Notes: a model not told the origin generated them from the letters alone. DNA of 64,000 nt from Sedimentisphaerales bacterium (GCA_963708075.1 OY970194.1:4288001-4352000); one strand, 5' to 3'; positions 1 through 9,271 are shown, counted from the stretch's first letter. Program-made: numbers and translations.

Positions 1-2457
1 ATCGACTTGTCTCCCGTCGTAAGATCGACGCGTACTCATCGCCATTTGGTCATCTCTGGCATCCTGAATCAACTTTCTGTTGATCTCGGGAGATGTGGGC
101 GGCAGCGTAAAGAAGCCGCTTGCCTCGCAGAGGGCATTGAGCTGCGTTACATCATCAGAGATTGTCGCCCGAGGGGCGTCACGAAAGAGGGCGCTCGCTG
201 CTTCGCGCATGCTACCTATCACAAGAGGATCATCGGTAAGATGGGCCAAGAATACAAGAATATTGGCTGACGTCTCGTGGTATAGCCGGCCGGTTAGTTC
301 TCTTACAACCTGCTTGGCCTCATCATTCCGGAGATTTCTCTGCAGCCACCAAGCCACAAAGAACGAGGAAACCCACCTGCTCCTGAATGCGATTTCATCT
401 CCATCCAGGCGAATCATGCGGGTAAAAATCAGGTCATTACGGACCTTCTCATAATCAAATGGCAAGTCGTACCGAGCGCAATGCTCAGCATGAAAAGATC
501 GAGCCTCTACTTCAGATAGCGTGGGTCGGCCGGCTTTGTGCAAACGATAGGCTAATTCAGCCAAATATATGAACTTGCCGCTCAGGTCGAAATGAGTCAT
601 GGGTGACTGCGACAGCGCAACCGTAATCACAGCGTGGTAGAGGTGGCCGTAATTGCCGTTACGAGCGGCAACTTCAGGTGCATCCGAACCTTCTGTCTGT
701 TCTAGAATAACGACGAGCAGCCAAGGTGTATGAGGCAAGCCTGCCAATCCGAGGAGTGACTCCACCTGCTGGCACAGTTCGAGAGCGCTGGTCTTGAGCT
801 TGGAACTATCAGGGTCGCTCCGGCCCAGCGCCATCCATTTGAAGGTCAGCGATTCAAGTCGCTGATGGCCAAAGTCGCAAATCTGGTACTTCTGATAGCC
901 AAGAAGGAGGTCTGCTTCTTGACCTTGATCGGCGATAAACTCAAGCTGAAGATCGTCGCTGGCAATCAGCACGATGTGATCGAATCGGTCAGATGCCGAA
1001 TTGAGTATATGTCGTCGTGCCATGAAATCTGTTGGACCTTCATGCAGGTCATCTATAATCAAAACACGCATACCGTTGTTCAGCTGCAGGTACTCAGCCG
1101 GCGATAACAATTGGTATTGTTTCGTGACCGCTTTCTCAAGCGTGCGCCGGAATGCCGTGTCGCTCCCGCTCCGACTTAATTCTTCACCACGCACAAACAA
1201 TGGTACATAGCCTTTATTACGCAGATCAAGACAGAGGCGTTTGGCAAGGCTTGTCTTACCCGAGCGATCCCCGCCCGCTATGAACACGCGAGTCTGTTCT
1301 GCAATCTCATTGAGTACAGATTCACTACGGACACGTGCAACAAGGGGTGAGGATCGAGCATCGCCAACCTGCTCTGACGCCTCCAACATCTTGCGCAGAT
1401 CGGGATAGGCAAATATATGAGACAATCGCAACTCGGCGACGCGAGGGTGTGTCAAGGGATCTTCCAGTTCGTCGAGCCATATCTCAAAGCTGGGCTTAAA
1501 TGCGTAGCGCCGATCAGCTCGCTGGGGATTATGAATCGGAGTCGGTTGCCCGCTTCCGTCTTTGGGCTCAAAGTGATCTCCCGACCACACCAAAGTTTTC
1601 GTCTGCTGGGTCTTCTCACCCAAGTCCAGTTGCACCAGATTGAAAGTACATTGGTCTGACGTGCCATGTTCTCCGAGAACCCCGCCCTCCAAGTAGTTGA
1701 CCTGAACACCTCCCTCCACAATTCTTCTCGCACTTTCATCCTCGTGCTCGTGTGCTGTCAACACTAGATCGCTCCGGCTCTCCACGGCGGTCCCAAGCTC
1801 TGACCGAACATCCGGCATTAGAAACCAGTGAAGCGGGTGATGAAGAAGCGTTACGCTGACGGTCGCTTCAGGCTCTTCGGGGGGAAGAAACTGCTTCAGC
1901 GGAAAACGTAAATCGTCTCGCCCCTCTATTATTGATGTCCACGACGAATTGAGCAAGTTGAAACGAATGCAATCCGTTCCCAGAACAAGATCATAGTGTT
2001 GGTAAAACGGGTAATCTGGCGTTAATGCCGAACCCGCTTCTCCTACGTGTAAGGCAAAATCAAAGTAATCCTTCTGTGGCCTAAGGAGGTGGGTTAAGAT
2101 GGATGGGCTTGGGAGTTCCCCCCTCACCTTCTCGCGAAGCGCTAGTCTTGCATCTTGATCTTCCGAAGTCAGATCGCAATCATGGTTGCCAGGCACGCTC
2201 AATATGTGTACGGATATCTCAGGCTTTACACCATTGAGATGTTTACGCAGGTCATCGAGGAGCATTGCAGCTATCTCAAACTGATCGGCCTTTCCCCCAA
2301 AGGCGGCGTCGCCACAAAACGTGATCACGCACGCTCGCGTATCCCCTGGCAATTCCGCAGCAATTGCCCTGCACAATGCGGGCCACCTCTCAACAAGGGG
2401 GTCGGTGATGGTCTTGATGTGTGCGTCAGAAAGCTGAACAATTAACACTGATGACAT
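1..2457 (-). CDS. Metallophosphoesterase (calcineurin-like) fused to STAND/NACHT-like P-loop NTPase; 3' end beyond window
   Basis: Manual translation from ATG 2457 (GAGGA upstream) is stop-free to base 1 (819 codons). Motifs: LSDAH (D 2427), CGDAAF, PGNHD (G 2190), HHP (1842), AHEH (1755), IFAYPDL, Walker A GGDRSGKT (1275-1252), Walker B VLIIDD (1065-1048). Absent from the ORF track because the stop is outside the window. Confidence 0.9.
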   Translation of the reverse strand, partial: MSSVLIVQLSDAHIKTITDPLVERWPALCRAIAAELPGDTRACVITFCGDAAFGGKADQFEIAAMLLDDLRKHLNGVKPEISVHILSVPGNHDCDLTSEDQDARLALREKVRGELPSPSILTHLLRPQKDYFDFALHVGEAGSALTPDYPFYQHYDLVLGTDCIRFNLLNSSWTSIIEGRDDLRFPLKQFLPPEEPEATVSVTLLHHPLHWFLMPDVRSELGTAVESRSDLVLTAHEHEDESARRIVEGGVQVNYLEGGVLGEHGTSDQCTFNLVQLDLGEKTQQTKTLVWSGDHFEPKDGSGQPTPIHNPQRADRRYAFKPSFEIWLDELEDPLTHPRVAELRLSHIFAYPDLRKMLEASEQVGDARSSPLVARVRSESVLNEIAEQTRVFIAGGDRSGKTSLAKRLCLDLRNKGYVPLFVRGEELSRSGSDTAFRRTLEKAVTKQYQLLSPAEYLQLNNGMRVLIIDDLHEGPTDFMARRHILNSASDRFDHIVLIASDDLQLEFIADQGQEADLLLGYQKYQICDFGHQRLESLTFKWMALGRSDPDSSKLKTSALELCQQVESLLGLAGLPHTPWLLVVILEQTEGSDAPEVAARNGNYGHLYHAVITVALSQSPMTHFDLSGKFIYLAELAYRLHKAGRPTLSEVEARSFHAEHCARYDLPFDYEKVRNDLIFTRMIRLDGDEIAFRSRWVSSFFVAWWLQRNLRNDEAKQVVRELTGRLYHETSANILVFLAHLTDDPLVIGSMREAASALFRDAPRATISDDVTQLNALCEASGFFTLPPTSPEINRKLIQDARDDQMAMSTRRSYDGRQVD

Positions 2458-2620
2458 AAACAAGTCCTCGACTAGCTCGTTCATCCTGAATGACAAGAGA
2501 TGGACTGCTGTGTGCAGCTTTCTCCGTCAGAAAAGACAATAGCCTCAGAATCCAGAAGGTGATTATAGGAACTACGTGATGAAGATGCAAATGGAAATCC
2601 TATCAATTTTGAGACGAAGC

Positions 2621-2642
2621 GGTGTGCGGAGCCCACCCCTAC
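2621..2642 (-). repeat. GTAG-type REP hairpin
   Basis: Minus strand reads GTAGGGGTGGGCTCCGCACACC, near-identical to the copy inside coaB (10666-10686). Confidence 0.7.
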
Positions 2643-2665
2643 CGGCTCCCGCCGAATCCGAAGCA

Positions 2666-2728
2666 GGAATTCTGGGGACATCTTACTTTTTTCGGATCGG
2701 AATTGAGTATGGCGTCCCCCAGATATCC
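2666..2728. repeat. Imperfect palindrome with GGGGAC...GTCCCC arms
   Basis: GGAATTCTGGGGAC ... GTCCCCCAGATATCC; similar element at 56901-56944. Confidence 0.6.
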
Positions 2729-2780
2729 CGGATTGCGGCGATGTCGATGCCGCGATTAATCGCCTCCTGAACAGCCTGCG

Positions 2781-2873
2781 ACGACGGACGCGCAGATCGA
2801 CCAGCTTGTGTACGAGCTCTACGGCCTGACGGGCGACGAGATCAAGATCGTGGAGGAAAGCGCCAAATCGTGA
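2781..2873 (+). pseudogene. C-terminal remnant of a type IIG/Eco57I-like restriction-modification protein
   Basis: Translates TTDAQIDQLVYELYGLTGDEIKIVEESAKS*, the typical ID-LVY-LYGLT-EI-IVE terminus; in-frame TAA at 2757 and no start codon. Confidence 0.7.
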
Positions 2874-3015
2874 GGCTTCGACATGGTTGAGTCGGCCGAT
2901 AAGATACTGTAAAGGAAAGCCAACGAGGCGCGAATCTCACTGCTGAGTGGCATAGTGGCCTCGTCTGACTTCCTTTCCTGTGGCATTTATGCCGGCGAGC
3001 GGGTACAATCGACGC

Positions 3016-3255
3016 ATGGAGTAGCGGTACACTCGCTATTTTGAGAATCAAGTGCTGCGAAAACGGTCGTACCTCAAGAAGGAGTGGTGCGTCCGAGTGA
3101 TCGAGAACCCCATCCGTGTGGAGATGCAGGAGGGCAACCGGTTTCGATTCTGGGGCGTGGTTGAAGAACTGGGTGGTGCGATACTTCGCGTGGTGACCCT
3201 GGAAGACAAGATGACAATTCACAACGCGTTTCCTGATCGGAGATTCAAGAGATGA
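3016..3255 (+). CDS. Putative RelE/BrnT-like (DUF4258-type) toxin; in-frame TAG at codon 3, alternative GTG start at 3052
   Basis: RFRFWG..LRVVTLED..IHNAFPDRRF; ATGA overlap with the DUF2283 gene; ATG 3016 in frame with GTG 3052. Confidence 0.65.
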
Positions 3256-3470
3256 GACTGAACTACTATCCTGAGACGGATTCCCTATATATCGATCTCG
3301 TTGACCGGCCGAGCGTGGAGAGTCGGGAAGTGTCCGAGGGCGTGGTCCTCGACTATGATGCCCAAGGCAACCTGGTGGGCATCGACATCGACAACGCGAG
3401 CAGGAAACTCGACTTAACGGAGTTCACGCTAAGTCGCTTGCCAGCCGAAGCCCAAACGCTCTCGCGGTAG
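3252..3470 (+). CDS. DUF2283 family antitoxin
   Basis: MRLNYYPETDSLYIDL...GVVLDYDAQGNLVGIDI signature, 72 aa. Confidence 0.85.
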   Translation: MRLNYYPETDSLYIDLVDRPSVESREVSEGVVLDYDAQGNLVGIDIDNASRKLDLTEFTLSRLPAEAQTLSR

Positions 3471-3474
3471 TAAC

Positions 3475-3716
3475 GCGGTGGGCGAAGCCCTCGTTGTTCT
3501 ACACATCTCGACGTGGTGGAAACGAACCCCGTTCCTTGGCTCAGAAACCGAGTTTGCGAGCCGCCTGCTTGCCCGACTCGTGCACAGCAGCAGGTCGTAA
3601 CAGACTGTGATGAATGGCGTTTGTACGCCAAGAACGCCATTCATTCATGCCAACATCAGCAGGTACTCGCGACCGGCCAAAGATGTGTAGAACAACCAGG
3701 GCGAAGCCCACCCTAC
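3475..3716. repeat. REPIN-like element with ~35-bp inverted arms
   Basis: GGTGGGCGAAGCCCTCGTTGTTCTACACATCT ... AGATGTGTAGAACAACCAGGGCGAAGCCCACCCTAC. Confidence 0.7.
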
Positions 3717-3813
3717 CGGCTCTCGCCACATCCAAGCCTTTGAACTGATAATTGACGGTTGAATCCGTGTGAATCCGCGAAATCGGTGTCAATAGGACGG
3801 GCGACTGCCTGGT

Positions 3814-4380
3814 TCATGCCTTCACGGGCGCGCGGCTCCTGAGAATCACGGTGTCGAGCGATCCCTCATGGCGGAGCAATTTCTGTTTGGTGGTTAGGCC
3901 GCCGGGGGCGGAGAAGCCGCCTAAGCTGCCGTCGCTGCGGAGGACGCGGTGGCAAGGGATGATCAGCGGGATCGGATTGTGGGCCAGGGCACTGCCGACG
4001 GCACGGGCGGCGCCGGGGTGGCCGACGCGTACGGCCAAGTCGCCGTAGGTGGTGGTCTCGCCTGGGGGGATCTTGCGGCAGGTTTGGAGGACCATGCGGT
4101 CGAAGGGGCTCAGAGTGTCGAGGTTGACCGCGGGATCAGTACTGAAATCGACGTTTTCGCCTTTGAAGTAGGCGATAATACGCTCCTGGAGGTCCGGGAG
4201 GAACGTCCCGCGTGGGTTGAGAACCCACCCTACATCACCATCGTCCGGGGGGAGGGATTTGAACAGCTCACGCCGGGTGGCTTGGCGGTCTGCGGCGGGC
4301 AGGCAGGTTCGGTGCAGGACACCGTCCGTGCCGGCGATGGCGAAATAGCCCCATTTGGTCTTGAAGATCGCGTATTGCAT
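3814..4380 (-). CDS. ogt: Methylated-DNA--protein-cysteine methyltransferase
   Basis: TYGDLA, ARAVGSAL, IPCHRV active site; start placed at ATG 4380 (MQYAIF). Confidence 0.93.
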   Translation of the reverse strand: MQYAIFKTKWGYFAIAGTDGVLHRTCLPAADRQATRRELFKSLPPDDGDVGWVLNPRGTFLPDLQERIIAYFKGENVDFSTDPAVNLDTLSPFDRMVLQTCRKIPPGETTTYGDLAVRVGHPGAARAVGSALAHNPIPLIIPCHRVLRSDGSLGGFSAPGGLTTKQKLLRHEGSLDTVILRSRAPVKA

Positions 4381-4757
4381 AACGTCATTTCCCAACAGAT
4401 AACGCGTGGGTTGAGAACCCACCCTACATATTAAAATGACTCATGGGCGAGACGCCCTGCTGCTTCTTTCCACGGGCAAACCTGTCTGCCCGTGCCACCC
4501 GGCGATTGTAGCGATTCGAGCCGGGGGCGTACACGCCTACGGTTGGCCATAGCAAACGAAAGGTCGCTTGGCAGATTGCATGTATGTCATTGCGAGTCGG
4601 TCAGCCGCTACGCGGCGGGTGTCAGGAAGAAACCTGATGGTTTGGGTGCCATGCTTACGCTCGCGTAAGCATGCCTTGCCCATCGAGTGGAATATGTTTA
4701 CGCAAGCGTAGACATGGCACCCGGCCAAAGAACGCGTGGGTTGAGAACCCACCCTAC
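4209..4757 (-). repeat. Three identical 25-bp GTAG REP hairpins (4209-4233, 4403-4427, 4733-4757)
   Basis: GTAGGGTGGGTTCTCAACCCACGCG on the minus strand; first copy lies inside ogt. Variant at 14567-14591; other GTAG hairpins at 11285-11308, 19361-19385, 19409-19433, 44663-44691, 45653-45675. Confidence 0.9.
4644..4722. repeat. ~79-bp double-hairpin REPIN family A
   Basis: GGGTGCCATGCTTACGCTCGCGTAAGCATG...TACGCAAGCGTAGACATGGCACCC; copies at 27572-27650, 44860-44938, 58827-58903. Confidence 0.9.
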
Positions 4758-5053
4758 ATGCTGCCACCCGGATAGGAACCCTCCCGCCTGGCGAGGCAAA
4801 ATGTTATTCTCTGTACGTCGAAAATCGTTGACTCGGGGGCTGGATTCTGCTAAAGAAAGGAGTTTTCACGAACTCGGGCCGGCTTCTCTGGGCGATGGAT
4901 CGGGCAGAGAGACCATCGAATTCGCGGCCGCGGACCTGGTTGGATGTCCTGAAGGCACCAGGAGCAAAGCATTATAGGTCCTCTCGGTCGAACAGGTCCT
5001 ATAGATTTTGGGTCTGCCGAGGCTGGCTTGGCAAGGTACACGGGATTGACTTT

Positions 5054-6124
5054 ATGTCTCTGGAAGAACTGAGAAAACACATCGACGAGATCGATGAGCA
5101 GTTGGTGAACCTGCTCAACGAGCGGGCGGGCGTGGTTGTGGAGATCGGCAAGCTCAAGGCCCAGGCCGACCGGCCGATCTATGCGCCGGACCGCGAGAAG
5201 CAGGTCCTGGACAAGGTCGTGAAGGCGAACAAGGGCCCCCTGCCCGACCGGACGCTGGTGGCGATTTGGCGGGAGATGATGAGCGGGTCGTTCGTGCTGG
5301 AGAGGCGGCCGCGGATCGCCTACCTCGGGCCGGGCGGCAGCTTCAGCCATACCGCCGCGATGCTCAAGTTCGGTCGCAGCGTCGAGTACGAGCCGCTGGC
5401 CGATATCCGGGGCATTTTCGACGAGATCAGCAAGGGGCATAGCGACCTGGGGATCGTGCCGATCGAGAACTCCACCGGCGGCGGCGTCATCGAGACGCTC
5501 GATGCACTGATCGACACCGACGTGCGGGTCTGTGCCGAGGTGCTGATGGCGATTCATCACAACCTGCTGGCGAATTGCACGCTGGAGGAGGTGGAGAAGA
5601 TATATTCAAAACCGGAGGTGTTCGCCCAGTGCCGCAACTGGCTGGCCTCGACGTTCAAGGAGACGAATACGATTTCTGTGGCCTCGACGGCCAAGGCGGC
5701 CCAGATGGCGGCGGAGGAATCGTATGCGGCCGCGATCGGCTCGAAGGTCGCTGCCGAGTTGTACGGGCTGGAAGTGGTGTGTGAGAACATCGAGGATATC
5801 TCCAACAATATCACGCGGTTCCTCGTGGTCAGCCGCGAGGATGCCAGGCCGACCGGCGAGGACAAAACGTCGGCCATATTCAGCACGGCCCACAAGTCCG
5901 GCGCTCTGGCTGACGTGCTGGAGGTATTTCGAAAGTACTCCATCAATTTGACGAATATTCAATCCCGGCCGAGCAAAAAACGAGAGTGGGAGTACGTATT
6001 TCTGGTCGACTTCCTCGGGCATCGGTTGGACGAGCGGGTTCAAGCGGGGCTGGAAGAGGCTCGCAAGCATTGCCTGCAGCTTTCCGTGCTGGGCAGTTTC
6101 CCCCGCGCGACCGAGTTGCTGTAG
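5054..6124 (+). CDS. pheA: Chorismate mutase/prephenate dehydratase (P-protein)
   Basis: LEELRKHIDEID chorismate mutase domain; YLGPGGSFSH, PIENSTGG, NITRF, ACT domain. Confidence 0.96.
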   Translation: MSLEELRKHIDEIDEQLVNLLNERAGVVVEIGKLKAQADRPIYAPDREKQVLDKVVKANKGPLPDRTLVAIWREMMSGSFVLERRPRIAYLGPGGSFSHTAAMLKFGRSVEYEPLADIRGIFDEISKGHSDLGIVPIENSTGGGVIETLDALIDTDVRVCAEVLMAIHHNLLANCTLEEVEKIYSKPEVFAQCRNWLASTFKETNTISVASTAKAAQMAAEESYAAAIGSKVAAELYGLEVVCENIEDISNNITRFLVVSREDARPTGEDKTSAIFSTAHKSGALADVLEVFRKYSINLTNIQSRPSKKREWEYVFLVDFLGHRLDERVQAGLEEARKHCLQLSVLGSFPRATELL

Positions 6125-6171
6125 CGGCCGGGATCTGAGTCAAGAAGTTTTGAGGACATTAGGAGAAAACG

Positions 6172-6933
6172 ATGAGAAAACCGTTCATCGCCGGAAACTG
6201 GAAGCTAAATACCGACAGTCATTCGAGCGTGGCGCTGGCGAAGGCCGTGGCGGCGGGCTCGGCCGATGTTGCGGGGGAACGCGTAACCGTGGCGGTGATC
6301 CCGCCGTTCGTGTACCTGCAGGCGGCGGCCCAGGCGGTGAGTTCTTCCGCTGTTGCGGTCGGCGCGCAGGATGTCTACTTCGAGCAGAAGGGGGCGTTCA
6401 CCGGCGAGATCAGTCCGGCCATGCTCAAGGACGTCGGCTGCACGTACGTTCTGTGCGGGCACTCCGAGCGTCGGCACGTGATCCGCGAGAGCGACGAGTT
6501 CGTGGGCAAGAAGGTGACCGCCGCCATCAACGGGGGCCTGCTGCCCATCCTCTGTGTCGGCGAGCTGCTCGAGGAGCGCGACGGCGGCAAGATGGAGCAG
6601 GTCGTCGAGCGGCACCTTCGGACCGGCCTGGCGGGTCTCGATGCCGAGAAGATGTCGGCCGTGACCATCGCCTACGAGCCCGTCTGGGCAATCGGGACGG
6701 GCAGGACCGCCACGCCGCAGCAGGCGCAGGAGGTCCACAAGTTCATTCGCGGCCTGCTGGCCAAAATGTACGGCAAAGACCTTGCCGGGGAGATCCGGAT
6801 CCTCTATGGTGGTTCCGTCAAGCCCGACAACGCACGCGAGCTCATGGCCCAGGCGGATGTCGATGGCCTGCTCGTCGGCGGCGCCAGCCTCAAGGCCGAC
6901 GATTTCCTGAAGATTATCCGGGCCAGCGTGTAA
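6172..6933 (+). CDS. tpiA: Triosephosphate isomerase
   Basis: AGNWK, GHSERR, AYEPVWAIGTG, YGGSV, LVGGASL. Confidence 0.98.
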   Translation: MRKPFIAGNWKLNTDSHSSVALAKAVAAGSADVAGERVTVAVIPPFVYLQAAAQAVSSSAVAVGAQDVYFEQKGAFTGEISPAMLKDVGCTYVLCGHSERRHVIRESDEFVGKKVTAAINGGLLPILCVGELLEERDGGKMEQVVERHLRTGLAGLDAEKMSAVTIAYEPVWAIGTGRTATPQQAQEVHKFIRGLLAKMYGKDLAGEIRILYGGSVKPDNARELMAQADVDGLLVGGASLKADDFLKIIRASV

Positions 6934-7054
6934 CGTTACGCAGGCCGTTGATTTTGACTGCCGCCCCGCACCAGAAGGCGGAGTCGCATCGTATAGAAAA
7001 GGGGCCGTCCATCTCAGGTCGGCGGAATTGACTGGTTTGTTTTGAGGCGTATCT

Positions 7055-7518
7055 ATGACTGTTCTACCAGTACTGGCGGTTGGGATTCTGATGAATCTGG
7101 TAGCCGTTCTGTTCGTCCTGGTTTCGGTTGTCCTGATCCTTTTGATCCTGATTCAGAAGGGCCGGGGCGGCGGACTGAGTGCGGCGTTCGGCGGCGGCAT
7201 GGCCAGCGGTCTGCTCGGTTCCAAGACGGGCGACTTCCTGACCTGGGCGACGATCACTGTCGTGGGGGTATTCCTGGTCCTGGCCGTGGTGCTGGCCAAG
7301 TTCTACAAGCCCGGCGTCGGCGAGTACACCGGCGCTGCGCCCGGACGTCACAGCCGGCCCCCGAGGGCACACCGGCCCAGCCGTCCGGCGAGACTTCGCA
7401 GCCTGCACCGCAGGAGCCGGCGCCCGCGGAACAGCCCGGCGCGGCAGCCCCCCTGGGCGCACAGCCCGAGGGCGCTGCGACGACCCCGGCCCCGGAAGCC
7501 AATTCGACAGGCGGCTAA
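7055..7518 (+). CDS. secG: Preprotein translocase subunit SecG with Pro/Ala-rich tail (apparent frameshift near 7340)
   Basis: LILIQKGRGGGLSAAFGGG between two TM helices, downstream of tpiA; tail continues in the 7042-7518 frame. Confidence 0.9.
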
Positions 7519-7608
7519 AGGCTGGAGAATCGCGTGGCTGTGGCAGACCGGATTCCCACAGGACAGGTTCCTTTACGGCGGCAGTTTCGGATTTGAGAGC
7601 GCACTTCT

Positions 7609-8493
7609 ATGCTCAATAGCATGACCGGGTATGGCGAGGCGGACGGTGTGCTCGATGGCGTTTCCTATGCCGTCGAGATCAAGGCCGTCAACAACCGCTA
7701 TCTCAAGACGATCATCAAGCTTCCGGAGACGTGCACGTTCCTCGAAGACGACATCGACAAGGAGCTGCGGCGCAGTCTCTCCCGCGGCACGATCAACTGT
7801 GTGCTCCGGTTCAAGAGCATCTCGGCCAACGCCTTGTTCGAGATCGACGAACTCGCATTGCGATCCATTGTGGCCCGGCTCAACGAGATCAGCTCTTCCG
7901 TCGGCGTCAAGGGCCAGATCGACCTGGCAGGCCTGCTGGCCCTGCCGGGGATCGTTCGCCCGGTGATGCCCGACGAGGAGACCAGCGCGAAAGTCAGGGA
8001 ACTCGTCGTGCGGCTGACCCGCGAAGCGGTGGACAAGCTCAAACGGATGCGGGAGGCCGAGGGCAAGTTCCTGGACGCGGATCTGATGAGCCAGTGCGAC
8101 GCGATGGCCCGGGAGCTGGAGGTGGTCGTTCAACGCAGCAGCTCGGTCGTTACGGAGTACGCCAAGCGGCTGCGCAGGCGCGTCGATGAGCTGCTGGCCG
8201 AGGCCAAGCTCAAGCTCGACGAGGAGACCCTGGCCCGCGAGGTGGCGATTCTGGCCGACCGGTCGGACATTTCCGAGGAGATCACCCGGCTGGACGCCCA
8301 CTTGCAGCAGTTCCGCCAGATCTGCCGAATGGAGGGGCAGGCCGGCCGAAGGCTCGACTTCCTGAGCCAGGAGATGCTTCGCGAGGCGAACACGATCGCC
8401 AGTAAGGCCGGCGACGCCCAGATTGCCCGATCCATCGTGGACGTCAAGTGTCTCATCGAGCGCCTCAAGGAGCAGATCCAGAACGTGGAATAA
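7609..8493 (+). CDS. yicC: YicC/YloC family endoribonuclease
   Basis: SMTGYG, VNNRYL, DISEEITRL, GRRLDFLSQEMLREANTIASK, EQIQNVE. Confidence 0.96.
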   Translation: MLNSMTGYGEADGVLDGVSYAVEIKAVNNRYLKTIIKLPETCTFLEDDIDKELRRSLSRGTINCVLRFKSISANALFEIDELALRSIVARLNEISSSVGVKGQIDLAGLLALPGIVRPVMPDEETSAKVRELVVRLTREAVDKLKRMREAEGKFLDADLMSQCDAMARELEVVVQRSSSVVTEYAKRLRRRVDELLAEAKLKLDEETLAREVAILADRSDISEEITRLDAHLQQFRQICRMEGQAGRRLDFLSQEMLREANTIASKAGDAQIARSIVDVKCLIERLKEQIQNVE

Positions 8494-8579
8494 ACCGTTG
8501 CGGCGGCGGAACACGTCGCTTGTTTTCGCGTACTGTGCAGGGTGGTGCGGCGTATCCCGTGGTGTATGATATTGAGTGT

Positions 8580-9182
8580 ATGATTCAGGCACGCGATCAA
8601 GAGAAGGCCCAGGGCAAATTGGTGGTCGTCAGCGGCCCTTCGGGGGTGGGTAAGAGCACCATCTGCCGGGAGGTCGTCAGGCGACTGGACAATGCGTTCC
8701 TGAGCGTGTCCATGACAACGCGGCCGAAAGGGCCCGGAGAGGAGAACGGCCGGGAGTACTGGTTCATCTCCCGCGACGAGTTCCACAAGTGCATCGAGAA
8801 CGGCACGCTGCTGGAATATGCCGAGGTCTTCGGGAACCTCTACGGCACGCCGAAGGACAAGACCGACGAGGCCCTGCACGCCGGCAAGATCGTGGTCCTG
8901 GAGATCGACATCCAGGGCGGCAAACAGGTCAAGGCGATCTACCCGCAGGCGGTGATGGTCTTCATCCTGCCTCCGAGCGCCAAGGTCCTGGCACAGCGCC
9001 TGGGCCATCGGGGCCGTGAAACCGCCGAAGCCGCCGCACGACGCCTCGGCGGCGCCAGTGCCGAGATTGCCGCCGCATGGCAATATTATGATAATATGGT
9101 AATTAACGATGATCTTGAACAGGCCATCACGGAAGTGATCCGGATCGTCGAGCACGCACCGGGATTGAGTATTGATGATTGA
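8580..9182 (+). CDS. gmk: Guanylate kinase
   Basis: SGPSGVGKST, TTRPK, YGTP, LEIDIQG, FILPPS. Confidence 0.96.
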   Translation: MIQARDQEKAQGKLVVVSGPSGVGKSTICREVVRRLDNAFLSVSMTTRPKGPGEENGREYWFISRDEFHKCIENGTLLEYAEVFGNLYGTPKDKTDEALHAGKIVVLEIDIQGGKQVKAIYPQAVMVFILPPSAKVLAQRLGHRGRETAEAAARRLGGASAEIAAAWQYYDNMVINDDLEQAITEVIRIVEHAPGLSIDD

Positions 9183-9252
9183 CAATTGATGATTGACGAC
9201 TGAGGTGGATGGCGGCTTGTCCCCCAATAATCCATAATCAATCATCCATTAT
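9164..9252. repeat. Heptamer tandem arrays in inverted orientation
   Basis: ATTGAGT ATTGATG ATTGACA ATTGATG ATTGACG ACTGAGG, then CAATAAT CCATAAT CAATCAT CCATTAT. Confidence 0.8.
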
Positions 9253-9271
9253 CAGTTCAATGGAGAAGAAC

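Noticed and set aside
1..2445. Short ORFs listed in the track over the first 2.4 kb
   Set aside because: Shadows of the long minus-strand phosphoesterase-NTPase gene
2894..3716. Integron cassette array (TA pair with flanking hairpins)
   Set aside because: No convincing RYYYAAC/GTTRRRY attC pairs and no integrase in the window
4209..4757. Three identical 25-mers as a possible CRISPR array
   Set aside because: Gaps of about 170 and 305 nt are irregular and too long, one copy is inside a gene, and there are no cas genes; they are GTAG REP hairpins
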